Below, in pieces: positions 1-11,832 of a stretch of 33,894 bases of DNA. Positions within the stretch are counted from its first letter, which is position 1. Each line of letters begins with the position of its first letter. Below the pieces are notes generated by a model that saw only the letters and a list, made by a program, of their open reading frames with translations, was not told where the DNA came from and did no database searches. The position numbers were made by a program, and so were the translations under genes. Source of the DNA: Octopus bimaculoides (lineage: Eukaryota). The stretch lies in contig NC_068981.1 of the NCBI RefSeq assembly GCF_001194135.2, positions 198,589,905-198,623,798 of the forward strand. The letters run 5' to 3'.

Positions 1-330
1 AACTTTCATAACCTGATCTAACAGCTTGATGCCTCTGTAATTATTAGTGTCTAAAGCGTCACCTTTACCTTTGTAGCAGTTGACTATGGTGCTGCTACAC
101 CAGTCATTGGGTATGACTCCTTCGTGTATCACCTGGTTCGTAATACGGGTGACTAGGCTGTAGCCAACACTGCCAGATATTTTGAGCATCTCTGCAGTGA
201 TTCCTGATGGGCCAGGGGCTTTCCCTGTCTTCACACCCTTAATTGCTTTATCTACCCTGGTACTGTCAACTCGGATAGCTGGTCCCTCTGTTGGGTCGAC
301 ATACGGCAGGCTCTCTTTCTCCCATTCATT
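1..330 (-). mobile_element. RTE-clade LINE, reverse-transcriptase N-terminal fragment (runs off the window start)
   Basis: Stop-free 110-codon minus frame: NEWEKESLPYVDPTEGPAIRVDSTRVDKAIKGVKTGKAPGPSGITAEMLKISG...IPNDWCSSTIVNCYKGKGDALDTNNYRGIKLLDQVMKV. KAPGP, P.DW, YKGKGD and NYRGI.LL are RTE RT motifs. Confidence 0.93.
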
Positions 331-338
331 ATAATTTA

Positions 339-652
339 GGACAATCAGTAAGTTGTCATAATAGAACTCAGTGTTTCAAATGCCGGAGCTAAGAGCTACA
401 ATGCATTCTCATTGGCTATTAATGACAACAGACATTACGAAAAAAAACCGTTGAATAAAAAGAAAGTTATTCTAATAATCAGGAAAAAAATACAAAAGAT
501 AAAAACTACACGCAACAATATTCTCACAACACATAGACATGAAAAGCTCCTGCATTCATGGCATTTACATAATAACCAATGAGAATGCATCGTAGCTCTT
601 AGCTCTGGTATTTGAAACACTGAGTTCTATTATGACAACTTCCTGATTGTCC
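339..652. mobile_element. Foldback/MITE-like element with 82-bp inverted arms
   Basis: 339-420 is the reverse complement of 571-652 with 5 mismatches; 150-bp A-rich spacer; no clear TSD. Confidence 0.8.
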
Positions 653-1383
653 AAAACTGTACAAATATAAATTCTTCTATTTACCTAATATCAAGGTCTC
701 ATTCTTTTGTTGTCATTTTATTATTATTATTATTATTATTATTACCAGGATGATGATGATGATGATGATGATGCTTGTGGCATATAAAGATGTTGGTATA
801 GCTATGTGGTTAAGAACTTTGCTTTGGTATCACGTTGTTGGGGCTTTCAATCTTAGCTTACTCCCCAGCCTGTTTACAGGGTGAGAGGATGGTGAGTGAC
901 AAAAAATATGAAAGACAGAGACATGACTGATGGCGATAAGAGTGATGAGTGATAGGGGAATGAATGAATGATTCGGTGGTAGGTAATGACAGGATGGTAG
1001 GTTGATGACAGGAGATAATGTGATTGGTGGTGGTGGGGGTGGGGGTTTAGTCATGAAGAAAGAGACCCAGGATGTGTGGGATAGAAAGAAATATGATGGC
1101 AGAGAGTGAGATGGGGTGGTAACGACTGGAAGTATAGTAAGGTGGTGTGTGTGGGGGTGGGTAGGTTTGGGAGAAGGTCGAGGCGAGGGGGCTGAGCACA
1201 ATGGTGGAGTGTCGGAGGTGGTGGTGGTCAGGTGATGATAGAAAGGTGGATCCTGCATCAGTGAAAGATAAGAAATGAATGTTGAGGGGAGGATCAGCTG
1301 GGGTGGGGGTAGTGGTGGACTTAGTTGCAATGGGAACAATGAATGGCCAGCAGAGGAGATCTACTGCTGTGTAAAGATAATGG

Positions 1384-1427
<44 letters not shown>

Positions 1428-1520
1428 AGAGGATGTGTGTGTGTGTTTGCAGTTATTTCAAGTTGCAAATACATAAAGATACAGAATATAACTTATGATG
1501 GAAATGTAAGTTATATATAA

Positions 1521-1926
1521 GTGCAGGCGTGGCTGTGTGGTAAGTAGCTTGCTTCCCAACCACATGGTTCCTGGTTCAGACCCACTGCATGGCACCTTGG
1601 GCAAGTGTCTTCTACTATAGCCACAGGCTGACCAAAGCCTTGTGAGTGGATTTGGTAAGCGGAAACTGAAAGAAGCCCGTCATATATATATATATGTGTG
1701 TGTGTGTGTCTGTATCTGTGTTTGTCCCCCTCCCCCCCCATCATCACTTGACAACCTGTGTTTACGTCCCTGTAACTTAGCGGTTCAGCAAAAGAAACCG
1801 ATAGAATAAGTTCTAGGCTTACAAAGAATAAGTCCTGGGGTCGATTTGTTCGACTAAAGGTGGTGCTCCAGCATGGCCACAGCCAAATGACTGAAACAAG
1901 TGAAAGAATAAAAGAATAAAAGAATA
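1521..1926 (+). mobile_element. tRNA-derived SINE family A, near full length
   Basis: A-box-like TGGCTGTGTGG and B-box-like GGTTCAGACCC, CORE-like ggcaccttgggcaagtgtctt, internal (TA)/(TG) tract, (AAGAATA)n tail. High-identity sister copies at 8924, 20602, 28011. Confidence 0.88.
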
Positions 1927-2081
1927 CCAATATCCACATATGGCCTTACGATATATGCCATGCATCCATGTGTGTGTGTGAGTGTGTATAAAGAGGGAGA
2001 AAGGGAGAAAGGGAGAGTGGGATGTGTATAAAGGTATATTTATACAAACAACCATGGAAATTCTTGTGTTTATTATTCCAG

Positions 2082-2156
2082 TGGTGACGAAATATGGGCC
2101 GATGTCCCTCTTGCTAACATGCTCGATGTGGATTCAGTAGTGTCCAATGCCTTGCT
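2082..2156 (+). CDS. TXNDC16: TXNDC16/ERp90-like, exon 1 of 16 in window (internal exon, phase 2/2)
   Basis: Acceptor ttattattccAG, donor GTAAGT. Reads GDEIWADVPLANMLDVDSVVSNAL(L), colinear with the remembered human segment [25 protein letters not shown]. Upstream exons are outside the window. Confidence 0.82.
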
Positions 2157-2488
2157 GTAAGTAATATCTATTTTACCATTTTTCTCTACATCTGGCACCA
2201 TTTTAACAACATGTTCTGATTTTGATAATATCAACAGTTCCTCGAGCCTCAGTGGTGTTGGTAATCACTCAACTGTAAAGTACAAACATTGGTGTATCAA
2301 GACAGCCAGGAATCACCGTTTATAGAAGTTCACTTTACAGTCTTGGTTACTAAGCTTCCATCTCAGAACGCAACATTTTGAACAAAATTCTTCTCTCATT
2401 GCTTCAGGTTGTAGGTCGCATGGAAACGCTGTGGAAACCCATCACTTACACACACACACACACACACATACACACACACACACACATA

Positions 2489-2541
2489 CGTGGTCTGATC
2501 AATAAGTATCCGGAGTGTTGCAATAGTAACAAAGCTAAAGC
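2489..2541 (+). mobile_element. Solo terminal fragment of a Tc1/mariner-like element
   Basis: TA then cgtggtctgatcaataagtatccgg; matches 25800-25852 (-) at 46/53 nt; both start at a TA. Confidence 0.6.
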
Positions 2542-2924
2542 GTGCAAAGAAAAGCCACTTGGCACTCTATGCATGTGTTACTTTGACATCATCATTCCTT
2601 ATGATTTGTTTATGGGGAGAAAAATATTGAAAAGTATCAATACATGTGTGAGTGAGAAAGAAACAAGGAGGTGGTGTTTGGGGATGTGCTAGAAACAACA
2701 GCCAGATCTCCCTTAAATCACACATTTTCCTCTGAAATTATTAACAATTTTTTTTTAAAACTGAAAATGTTTCTCTAACAGGTTTTAAGNNNNNNNNNNN
2801 NNNNNNNNNNNNNNNNNNNNNNNNNNNNNNNNNNGAAAAGGTCAAAATCGTTTCAGACTGGGGTAGTGAGGGGGTGACAGGAGTAAAAAACAACATTTAT
2901 CCTGACCAAACTCCAACCCTGGAT

Positions 2925-3690
2925 TACTATCTCCCACTTTGAAGAGATGTGTTTGAAATCCAGGAATAAAAAATATCAACCAAATACCTGATGCACAAAA
3001 GGGACAGAGATGCAGGAAAAGCAGTAAAATGTGACAACCGATGCAGACTCTGTGGAGTTCACACTGAAGATATCACCCACATCATAAGCAGTTGTCTGAA
3101 AATGTCATCACGGTATTATCTACCGATGAGACATGATGTTATAGCTAGGACACTCTATAATGAAATCTGTCGGAAGGATAATCCTGAGGACAAAGAAATA
3201 AGAACCCACAGTATGGTAGAAGCCATAATGGTGGAATGTACCAGTGAAGACCTCAATAAAATGTAAGTACAACAGACATGATCTAATGATTTGGGATAGA
3301 GAAGAGAAACTGTGCACAGTTGTGGAAATTAGCTGCCCAGCGGATGTTAACATAAAGCTGAAGATCAGTGAAAAAGAAAACACCTATGTGGAACTATTGA
3401 GAAATCTGCAGTTACTCTATCCAGATTACAAGTTCAGGTTTATACGTGTAATTATTGGGGCCCTGGGATATGTAATGCACTGCCTAAATACCAATCTTGA
3501 GAAATTAGGTTTCTCAAAATCAGAAAGGAGAAAGCTAATTCCAAGATTACAGATCCAATCCATTAGTGGAACTGTTATAATCTGTAAAACTTTTTAGAAG
3601 TTTCTCATTTAAATATATATGAGCATGTCTAGACATGCAACTATATGCATGAGAAGACATACATAAAGCAAACAAATCTGCACATACATA
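2925..3690 (+). mobile_element. RLE-type non-LTR retrotransposon (R2 superfamily, R4/Dong-like), decayed 3' part
   Basis: Track ORFs 2991-3266 and 3244-3597: CRLC-x7-H-x4-C zinc knuckle, RHD, NRHDLMIWD...VEISCP (PD-(D/E)xK), IIGALG; frameshifted; 3' UTR with aactatatgcatgagaa. Confidence 0.88.
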
Positions 3691-5052
3691 CATACCTACA
3701 CACATACATACGAAAAACCCTTCGTTTATGAATGACCGTGGGATTGCACCTGGAAAGTTATCCTCCCAGGCACAAGTCCAGGCGAAGTTATTGTTTATGG
3801 AAGACCAGCATTCACCCATGCATACCAGCCTCTCCTCTCTCCACACCATTGACCTTATCCAAGGGAAGATACAGACACACATTCAGACTGACAGACTGAC
3901 AGACATGCATATCAACACACATATATGGACACTTACATACAAATATACACCCATATGTACACACATACACACATACATGTACATACACACATATACATGC
4001 ATACATACATAGACACTTGTCTACCTACCTACATACCTACATACATACATATACTCACATTAATAACATTTCAATAATCATGCATTTAAGATGAGGTTAA
4101 TTTGTTCAAAAGTGAAGCATGGTTTGAATGATATCTTGGCATATTATTGAGTGGTAGCAACATCAAAGATCTTCTTTAATCAGACAATCTCTGTAGTTCT
4201 GTCATGGGAAATGGTAAAATGCTATACTCAATTTTGAAGAATCTCTTTTAGGATCTCTTGCAAAATAAGATGAAAGAGAATTGACCAATATAGAGACGGA
4301 ATCATTTGGAATCTCTCAGATTTATAATTGGAAGTGAGAAACAGGCTGCTGCTGCCTCTAAGTTTAATCATAGCATCGTCCTAGTAATTGTCCGGCAGAA
4401 GAATTGTTCAAAATGGTTTGTTTGTCATTAGGGAAGAAATGGAATTTGGAGTGGATAATTAGGGAAGGGAATACTTTGCAGAACATGTGTATGGGAATAA
4501 ATTGGAGTATGGTGGTGTATGGGAATGTGGGAATACATTGTAGTTGATAACCATTGTTGGGAATAGAATCTTTTGGAGATTCTTAGAAATATCTGTTACA
4601 GAAAATTAACGAAAGGATGATGAGGAAAGACAAAAATTGGTTTTCTTGAGACCATTTTTTGGCTTGGGACTTTAAAAAGGAACCATCACCTAAGCTGACC
4701 TACCTCCACCTCACCTTGTCTTTTGTGTGGGTGTGGGTGTGGGTGTGGTGGAGAAGGGCTATTAGCAGGGTTTAAAAAAAGCCTGTTAAAAGGGCAGAGA
4801 AGTCCCAGAGAAGTGAATGGTCCATTATATCTGGGGCAAAGACAGTTGCCATCAGGTCTCACCTGCTCATTGCTCTGGATATCTTGCAGAATCCTTGGGA
4901 TTTAGATTTTAAAGTTTGGAATGAGTGTACATAAGGGAAAACCCAGTTGAAGGATATGCAACTATTTGGGGACAGAGTGTGGATTATAGTAAGGTGAATG
5001 TTGGGATTACAGGTTTAGGGATGGGAAAGTAACATTCAAATGTAACTCTCTT

Positions 5053-5144
5053 TGTCTTCCTCCAATATGTCTTCCTCCAATATGTCTTCCTCCAATATGT
5101 CTTCCTCCAATATGTCTTCCTCCAATATGTCTTCCTCCAATATG
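5053..5144 (+). repeat. Perfect 15-bp minisatellite (TGTCTTCCTCCAATA) x6
   Basis: Six identical units 5053-5142 plus TG. Confidence 0.97.
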
Positions 5145-5192
5145 ACATCGCATTCTGATAAGTTTTAACAAACCAATTCTTTGTTGTTTCAG

Positions 5193-5314
5193 AATTCCAC
5201 TTTTAGATGATTTTGAAATAATTTACACTCGAATAGAACGTCTTGAAGTGGTAGCGCCACTCCAAGGCTTTAAAAACGTCATCTTTGGCTATTTATTTGC
5301 TATTGGAACAAATG
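5193..5314 (+). CDS. TXNDC16: TXNDC16-like exon 2 (phase 2/1)
   Basis: ttgttgtttcAG / GTAAGT. IPLLDDFEIIYTRIERLEVVAPLQGFKNVIFGYLFAIGTN, compare remembered human LKGKANIIFSYVRAIG. Confidence 0.9.
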
Positions 5315-5469
5315 GTAAGTTCCAACATTTTTCAAAATTAATTCAAATGAACTGAATTTGTAATGAATCATTATTGTTCTCATATCTCAGACATTTATCA
5401 TGTTTCTCTCTAAATTATATTCTTCATCATCATGATCAAAATGATGACGATATGAAGATCATGATGATG

Positions 5470-5672
5470 ATGATGATAATGATGATCATCATCATCATTT
5501 AATGCCTGTTTTCTATGCTGGCATGGGTTGGATGGTTTGACAGATGCTGGCAAAGCCAAGAGCTCTACCTGCTCCATTGTCTATTTCAGCACAGTTCCTA
5601 CAGCTGGATGCCCTTCCTAACACCAACCACTTTACAGAGTGCTCCACTGGATGCTTTTTACATGGAACCACC
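5470..5672 (-). mobile_element. RTE LINE 3'-tail fragment
   Basis: (CAT)n then tttaatgcctgttttctatgctggcatgggttgg...gctggatgcccttcctaacaccaaccact; same tail as the 9650-10380 copy that is attached to RTE coding sequence. Confidence 0.8.
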
Positions 5673-6117
5673 ATTTATATTATTTTATGTCTATTTGAAT
5701 AAATATAATTATATTACATTTATTATGCTTCTTTCTGAACTTTAGTTTTAATCTTATATCCTCCCAGAACCGCTAAAATAAAGCACCAGTTAATTACTGG
5801 TATGGGTTTTAGGTGAGCAATTTCTCATCACAGTAGGTTTAATGTTGTTTTGAGGCAGCTTTAGCAAATACCTTCTGCTTTTGTGTCAGAGATTCAAGAG
5901 TTGAGTGAAACGAGATAAATAGAAAAGTGTATGGAAGCATGTCGAAAGGATTGTTGCAACTCTAGTAGACTTTATCCAATCCCTAGTCTAACAACACCAT
6001 CTGACACTGGGGTGCCTTTGGTAGAACCAATTCTCTTATAAGTATTTAACCCATTAATGCTTGTATTCTTTGGTCAAATTCTGTTGAATTATTCTTACAT
6101 TATCTTAAGATTTTGAT

Positions 6118-6686
6118 GATCATCATCATTTAATATCCGTTGTCCATGCTGGCATGGGTTGGATGGTTTGACCAGGGCTGGCAAGCTGAAAGTCTACACT
6201 AGACCCCAGTCTAATTTGGCATGGTTTCTACGGCTGGATGCCCTTCCTAACACCAACCACTCTGAGAGTGTAATGGGTGCTTTTACATGCTGCTGGCGCA
6301 GGTGCCATTTGTGTGACACTGGAATCTGTCACAACTGTGATTTTACTTGGCTTGATGGGTCTTCTTCTCAAGTGCTGCATAATGCCAAAGGTCTTGATCA
6401 TTGCCTCTGTGAGTCCCAACACTTGAAAGGAGCTTTTCATGAGCCACTGGCATCAACCAATTTACCTTTGTGAGGCCCAACATTCAAAAGGTGCTTTTTA
6501 CATATCACCAGCACAACTGCCAGTTACTTGGCACCAGCATCGGTCATGACAATGATCTAACTTGGCTTGATGGGTCTTCTTCTCAAACACAGCATGTCAC
6601 CAAAGGTCTCAGTCACTAGTCATTGCTTCTGTGAGGCCCAAAGTTCAAAGATCATGCTTTACCACCTCGTTCCATGTTTTCTTGAT
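6118..6686 (-). mobile_element. 5'-truncated RTE LINE (last codons plus 3' UTR)
   Basis: Minus strand reads KKTWNEVVKHDL..LGLTEAM; 3' UTR ends in (GAT)n. Confidence 0.85.
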
Positions 6687-7357
6687 TATTTATTCTTAGA
6701 ATGATATTGTAGGGCAGGTGTGACATGCCAGATCTAGCTAACTGGAGCATAAACAAATAGGATATTTGAGCCAGATATGATTTGTTTAAATGCTAAAGAT
6801 TTTAAAGCCATTCTCTGGACCAGAGAATGTCTCTTCACATTACTTGTTACCGCACCCTGTCGAGTACCATAGTTTCTCTTTCGCTCTCTCTCTCTCTATC
6901 TATCTATTTCCTTTCCCCTCTGCCCAAATCCTTGTTTTCCTGCCCCCCCCCACCACTCATTTCTATTCTCTTCAGGCTCTACCCACACACCTTGTCCCTA
7001 ATATCTTTATCAATTTCCATCTCCATCCAATCACTCCAATTCTCCCTCCTAAAATGTCAACAACCATGTTGTTCCTCTTCAGCAACAAACCTCTTCTATT
7101 CTGGACCCTTTTCTTACACTTTAACCCTTCCTCTCTTAACATAAAGCTGCCCCCGTCTCTACTGTTGTCCCACTCATTTGAATTCTGCAAAATCTTCATT
7201 ATTTTTTCAGGGTTGAATTAGGAATGTATTTCCCTAAGAATATGGTCAAGCACAGCTCAATGCATTCTAAGACCGGCACCAACCCTCCATTCTATCTCTA
7301 ATTTCCATATTTTACTTCTGTTATTCAATTCTTTGAGTCTGTTTATTTATTTATCAG

Positions 7358-7448
7358 TCCACAGAGTCCTTTTGGAACTGGCTTATATTTACAAGCAGCA
7401 GATCCAGTTTATGCTGACCACCACCCAACGAACAATTTCAGATTTGGA
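7358..7448 (+). CDS. TXNDC16: TXNDC16-like exon 3 (phase 1/2)
   Basis: tttatttatcAG / GTAAGT. (V)HRVLLELAYIYKQQIQFMLTTTQRTISDL(E), compare remembered human [22 protein letters not shown]. Confidence 0.9.
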
Positions 7449-8017
7449 GTAAGTGTTCAGTTTTAATAGTTTTATGGTAAACTGTAAACAACAGAGACTG
7501 TTGAATATTTAATGCGACCAGAAATGGTTTGTCAACAGCAATTATTAAGGCTTAGAAAGATAGACTCTCATCATAAACAGGCAGACGCATATACCACAGT
7601 TTGCACGGACTGTTTTAGACACTTGTGAAGTCATAGTCACCAGTTATATCACCAGTTGATTCCATGTTATAGGCTTTATGTCTTTACAGATAAACATAAT
7701 TTAATGTGTGTGTGTGTGAGGGGTGGCTGCGTGTGTGTGCGTGTGTGTGTGTGTGTGTGTGTACATGCTAATATCAAACAGTGAGAGTGAGTGCTCAACA
7801 CCGCATTTGGTGGATGAATATTCTTTAATTGTGGATTAACAAAGCAACCAATGGTTTTGTGTAGAAAAGGTCTGTACAATTATTCAAGTGATTCACTTGG
7901 GAATGTTGGTATTCATCTCCATTTTTGAAGGGGAAAATATGAGGAGGTTTTAAAATAGATTAGGCTATCACTGACCTGTTGGGTCACCAATAGTTCAAGG
8001 TACCTGAGAAAACCATG

Positions 8018-8271
8018 TATCTCAGAAAACCATGGACCCATTTACACGAAATTTGTTTTATTCCATTTGTATTCACATTTCAATGGTACCTTACTTTCAG
8101 AGTTTGACTATTTATAAAGATGTTCACAGTAAAGGGCAATAACTCCAGGTTTCACTGCTTATATTTGTGGAAACAAACCCCCAAAACTGCATATCTCAGG
8201 AATCCATGGTCTGATTTACACAAAACTTGTTTCATTCTGTTTGTATTCACATTTCAGGGGTCACTTACTTT
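8018..8271. repeat. Diverged tandem duplication, period about 174 bp
   Basis: tatctcagaaaaccatggacccatttacacgaaatttg...cttacttt (8018-8097) recurs as tatctcaggaatccatggtctgatttacacaaaacttg...cttacttt (8192-8271). Confidence 0.8.
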
Positions 8272-8923
8272 GTGATTATTTCTCCATTATGCATCAGTTT
8301 AGCTGCATTAAATTACAGACAAGCACGCATGCAAATAAACAACCACAAGGTTTTAGTAGAATGTAGATAACAGATCAGGGGAGGTGACTTGTAAAAATAT
8401 CTTGTTATCTCCCTTGCATTGGCCCGGCATTTTTGCAAGAATTTGCGTTCACCATAATTCAACTAAATCCTCAATTATTGTATGTGAAAACATTCGTGCA
8501 CACCCATATATATATATATATATAAATACATATACACTCTTTGACATGGTCTATATATGTCTTCATGGCAAAGAGTGAATAGCCATCTTTCTTAATGTAA
8601 ACTTTCTTCAACAGATTTTATTCTCTGTCATTTATGATATAAATTTATGTTATACATTCATGCTCAACTATAGCCAGCCCTATTCACTGGTAAAGTGTAC
8701 CAGCATACAACAACTAGCCAGAACAACATGCCAAGGAGATGATCTCAGTACATCTAATGGGGCATTTTCCTCCACCTGAAGTGTCATGCCCTGCACAGAT
8801 TGATGCAAAATATCCTACCCCTATGGGAACAGATGCAGGAGGGGTTGAAAGGATTGTCATACTGAATAAAGATTTATACTTAATCCATCTTCCATTTCCT
8901 TTATCAACTATATATATACCTAG

Positions 8924-9363
8924 GTGCAGGAGTGGCTGTGTCGTAAGTAGCTTGCTTACCAACCACATGGTTCTGGGTTCAGTCCCACTGCATGGCACCT
9001 TGGGCAAGTGTCTTCTACTATAGCCTCAGGCCGACCAAAGCCTTGTGAGTGGATCTGGTAGACGGAAACTGAAAGAAGCCCGTCGTATATATGTATACAC
9101 ATATGTGTACGCAAGTGTGTGTGTATATGTTTGCTGCGTGTGTGTGTTTGTTTGTGTCTGTATTTGTACCCCCCACCATTGCTTCACAACCGATACTGGT
9201 GTGTTTACATCCTCATAACTTAGTGGTTTTGCAAAAGAGAGCGATAGAATAAGTTCTAGGCATACAAAGAATAAGTCCTGGGGTCAATTTGTTCAACTAA
9301 AGGTGGTACTCCAGCATGGCCGTAGTCAAATGACTGAAACAAGTAAAAGAATAAAAGAATAAA

Positions 9364-9367
<4 letters not shown>
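8924..9367 (+). mobile_element. SINE family A, full length
   Basis: Same head, core and tail as 1521-1926; TA-rich sequence on both flanks. Confidence 0.9.
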
Positions 9368-9400
<33 letters not shown>

Positions 9401-9649
9401 TGTTTGTTGTTATGTTCAGTTCTAATAAAAACAATTTTACATTAATCTGATGGGTTTACTCTCTACCTTAGAAAAGTAAAAATTTATTATTCATAAACAA
9501 GAAAATTGTTGACTGTGACTTTGAAGTTTCGACCAGTCTGATGGTGGCTTAACTGGCCAAAACTTTAAAGCCAATAACTATAAAACTTTTGTTTGAGAAT
9601 AATATATGTGTATATAAATATTTATACATTTGTTTGTATATATATTATC

Positions 9650-10380
9650 ATCACCATCATTTAATGTCTGTTGTCCATGCTGGCATGGGTTGGATGGTTT
9701 GACCATGGCAGACAAGCTGGAAGGCTTCACCAGACTCCATCCAGTCTGATCTGGCATGTTTTTCTGCAGCTGGATGTCCTTCCTAACACCAACCACTCTG
9801 TGAGTGTAATGGGTGCTTTAATGTGCCACTGGCACAGGTGCCATTCGTGTGATATCAGTATCTGCCATGATTGGGATTTTGCATGGCTCGGTGAGTCTTC
9901 TTCTCAAGCATGACATAATGCCAAAGGTCTCGGTCATTGCCTCTGTAAAGCCCAACACTCAAAAGGAGCTCAGCCGCTTTGCCTCTATGAAGGTGCTTTT
10001 TACGTGCCACCAATATGGGTGCCAGTTACATGACACCAGCATCAGCCATGGCTATGGTTCCACTTGGCTTTCCGGGTCTTCTCAAGCACAACATATTGCC
10101 AAGGCTCTCGGTCACAAGTCATTGCCTCTGTGAGGCCCAAAGTTCAAGTGTCATGCTTCACCACCTCGTCCCACGTCTTCCTGGGTCTACCTTTATCACA
10201 GGTTCCTTCCACAGTTAGAGATCGGCACTTCTTTACACGGCTGTCCCCTTCTATACACATCACATGACCACACCAGCGCAGTCATCTCTCTTGCACACCA
10301 CATCTGATTCCTCTTATGCCCAACTTTTCTCTCGAGATACTCTCACTCTGTCAACCATGCACGTCCAGCGAAGCAGACTG
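9650..10380 (-). mobile_element. 5'-truncated RTE LINE (ORF C-terminus plus 3' UTR)
   Basis: Minus strand: SLLRWTC...REKLGIRGIRCGVQER*LRWCGHVMCIEGDSRVKKCRSLTVEGTCDKGRPRKTWDEVVKHD. LRW.GHV and GRPRKTW are RTE C-terminal motifs; (GAT)n tail near 9650. Confidence 0.9.
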
Positions 10381-10438
10381 GCTTAAATACTTATACTTTT
10401 ATAATAACTTCATAATAACATTTGTTTTGTTTTTATAG

Positions 10439-10598
10439 ACAACATCCAAAAGATAACAGCACAATGATATGGTTTTTCCTGTGCAAAGACAGCTCTGATA
10501 CAGAACCATTTGGTGCATGTCCCACTGTCCTCTATCGGGGAAACGTTTCGTTCGCTTCCCTTGCCTCGGCCATCAAACTCGTGAACGGACCCAAGCAT
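10439..10598 (+). CDS. TXNDC16: TXNDC16-like exon 4 (phase 2/0)
   Basis: tttgtttttatAG / GTAAGT. QHPKDNSTMIWFFLCKDSSDTEPFGACPTVLYRGNVSFASLASAIKLVNGPKH; lies inside track ORF 10422-10613. Confidence 0.9.
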
Positions 10599-11832
10599 GT
10601 AAGTACAGAGTGATGGATGTTTCGCCAGAGCTGTTGAAATGTCTTTTGTTATGTGACGCTAAGGGAGAAAGTGCCTTCATGTGTGTACGTGTGTGTGTGT
10701 GTGTGTGTGTGTGATGAGAAGAGAGAGAGAGAGAGAGAGAGAAAGAAGCAACAGTTTAGTTTAGTACATAACAAGGGAGTCAGTGCTTCAGATACCTCCA
10801 TACTTCTTAAAATTCCCCAACACCACTCCTGACATGTCCATCCATCCTTTCCTCTTTATATATTTTTTAATGTTCGCTTTTTAAACCTGTATATCTTAGC
10901 TTTCATTGTTGTCCTTCTTTACTTCACTTATTTGGTTGTTTTCTGCTCCTTCTTTTAGACTTTTCCCTCAAGTTGTGTTGCACCTGAGCACTGTATACAA
11001 CAAGTGCCTTGTTAACTACTTAAGCTGTCTGGAGGATTTATGGGTGACTGTAAGAGTTTCTTTCAGCAATGTCTAAGTGAAATATGGAGGGTAACTTTAG
11101 AAGGAATAGTAATGTCTGGGACACAGTTTGACAGTTTTAATGTAGAGATTTTGTTAAATGAATGTTGAAAACAGGTGTGAAGTATGTAGTTTTTTTCTCA
11201 TAATTTAATCTGCAGAGGACAGGGTGCTGCCAATAACCTCCCAAGTCTTCTTAGAGTGAAGTGTGGAGGGATAGAAAGTGTTGGGACAAATTCATATTGT
11301 TAACAAGTAAGTGAAGGGTAAATAGGGGAGAATTTCAGGAGGGTAACTTTAGAAGGAGTAATAAGGGATGAGTGCAATTTGTCTGGGACACAGTTTGACA
11401 ATGGAAAAGTGAATAAGTTTACTCGTAGATTAAGGTATATTAATCAGGCTGTGGCTTGATTAATTAATGTTTATAGGGCAACAGCATTGATTTATGCGAT
11501 GTATAGGTCGATGTCTGATGTTAAAGTGAAGGGAAATTTGAGTCCTGGGAGCAAAAGTACCTTTCAGCCAAAGTAAATAACCCGTTGAAACCTGATTCTG
11601 TAAAGGTTCTGTTTTGTCCCTGAATTTCAGAAATTAGTTTCTAAGTGGCAAACATTTAGGTTTCTTTAGATAATCATAGTTTTCAAGCTTCATTAATTCA
11701 TTTCACCTTTTGTAGTCGGACTGCTTCTGCTCTATTCAAGGTTTAAACTAAAACCCCTTTTTCTATATTCTTATTCTACTGTAATGTCTAAGCACGTATT
11801 CAAGTAGTTTCTCTTTGACTTCTCAAGAGGCC

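Noticed and set aside
830-1339. 169-aa Pro/His/Thr-rich ORF
   Set aside because: Low-complexity G-rich strand with few stops; no splice sites or recognisable domain.
4090-5040. Possible decayed Penelope ORF on the minus strand
   Set aside because: Only a faint ILNNSS-like resemblance; many stops in all frames; not supportable without a profile search.
7358-7364. Alternative exon 3 acceptor at cacAG (7364)
   Set aside because: Shifts the frame and reaches TGA within the exon.
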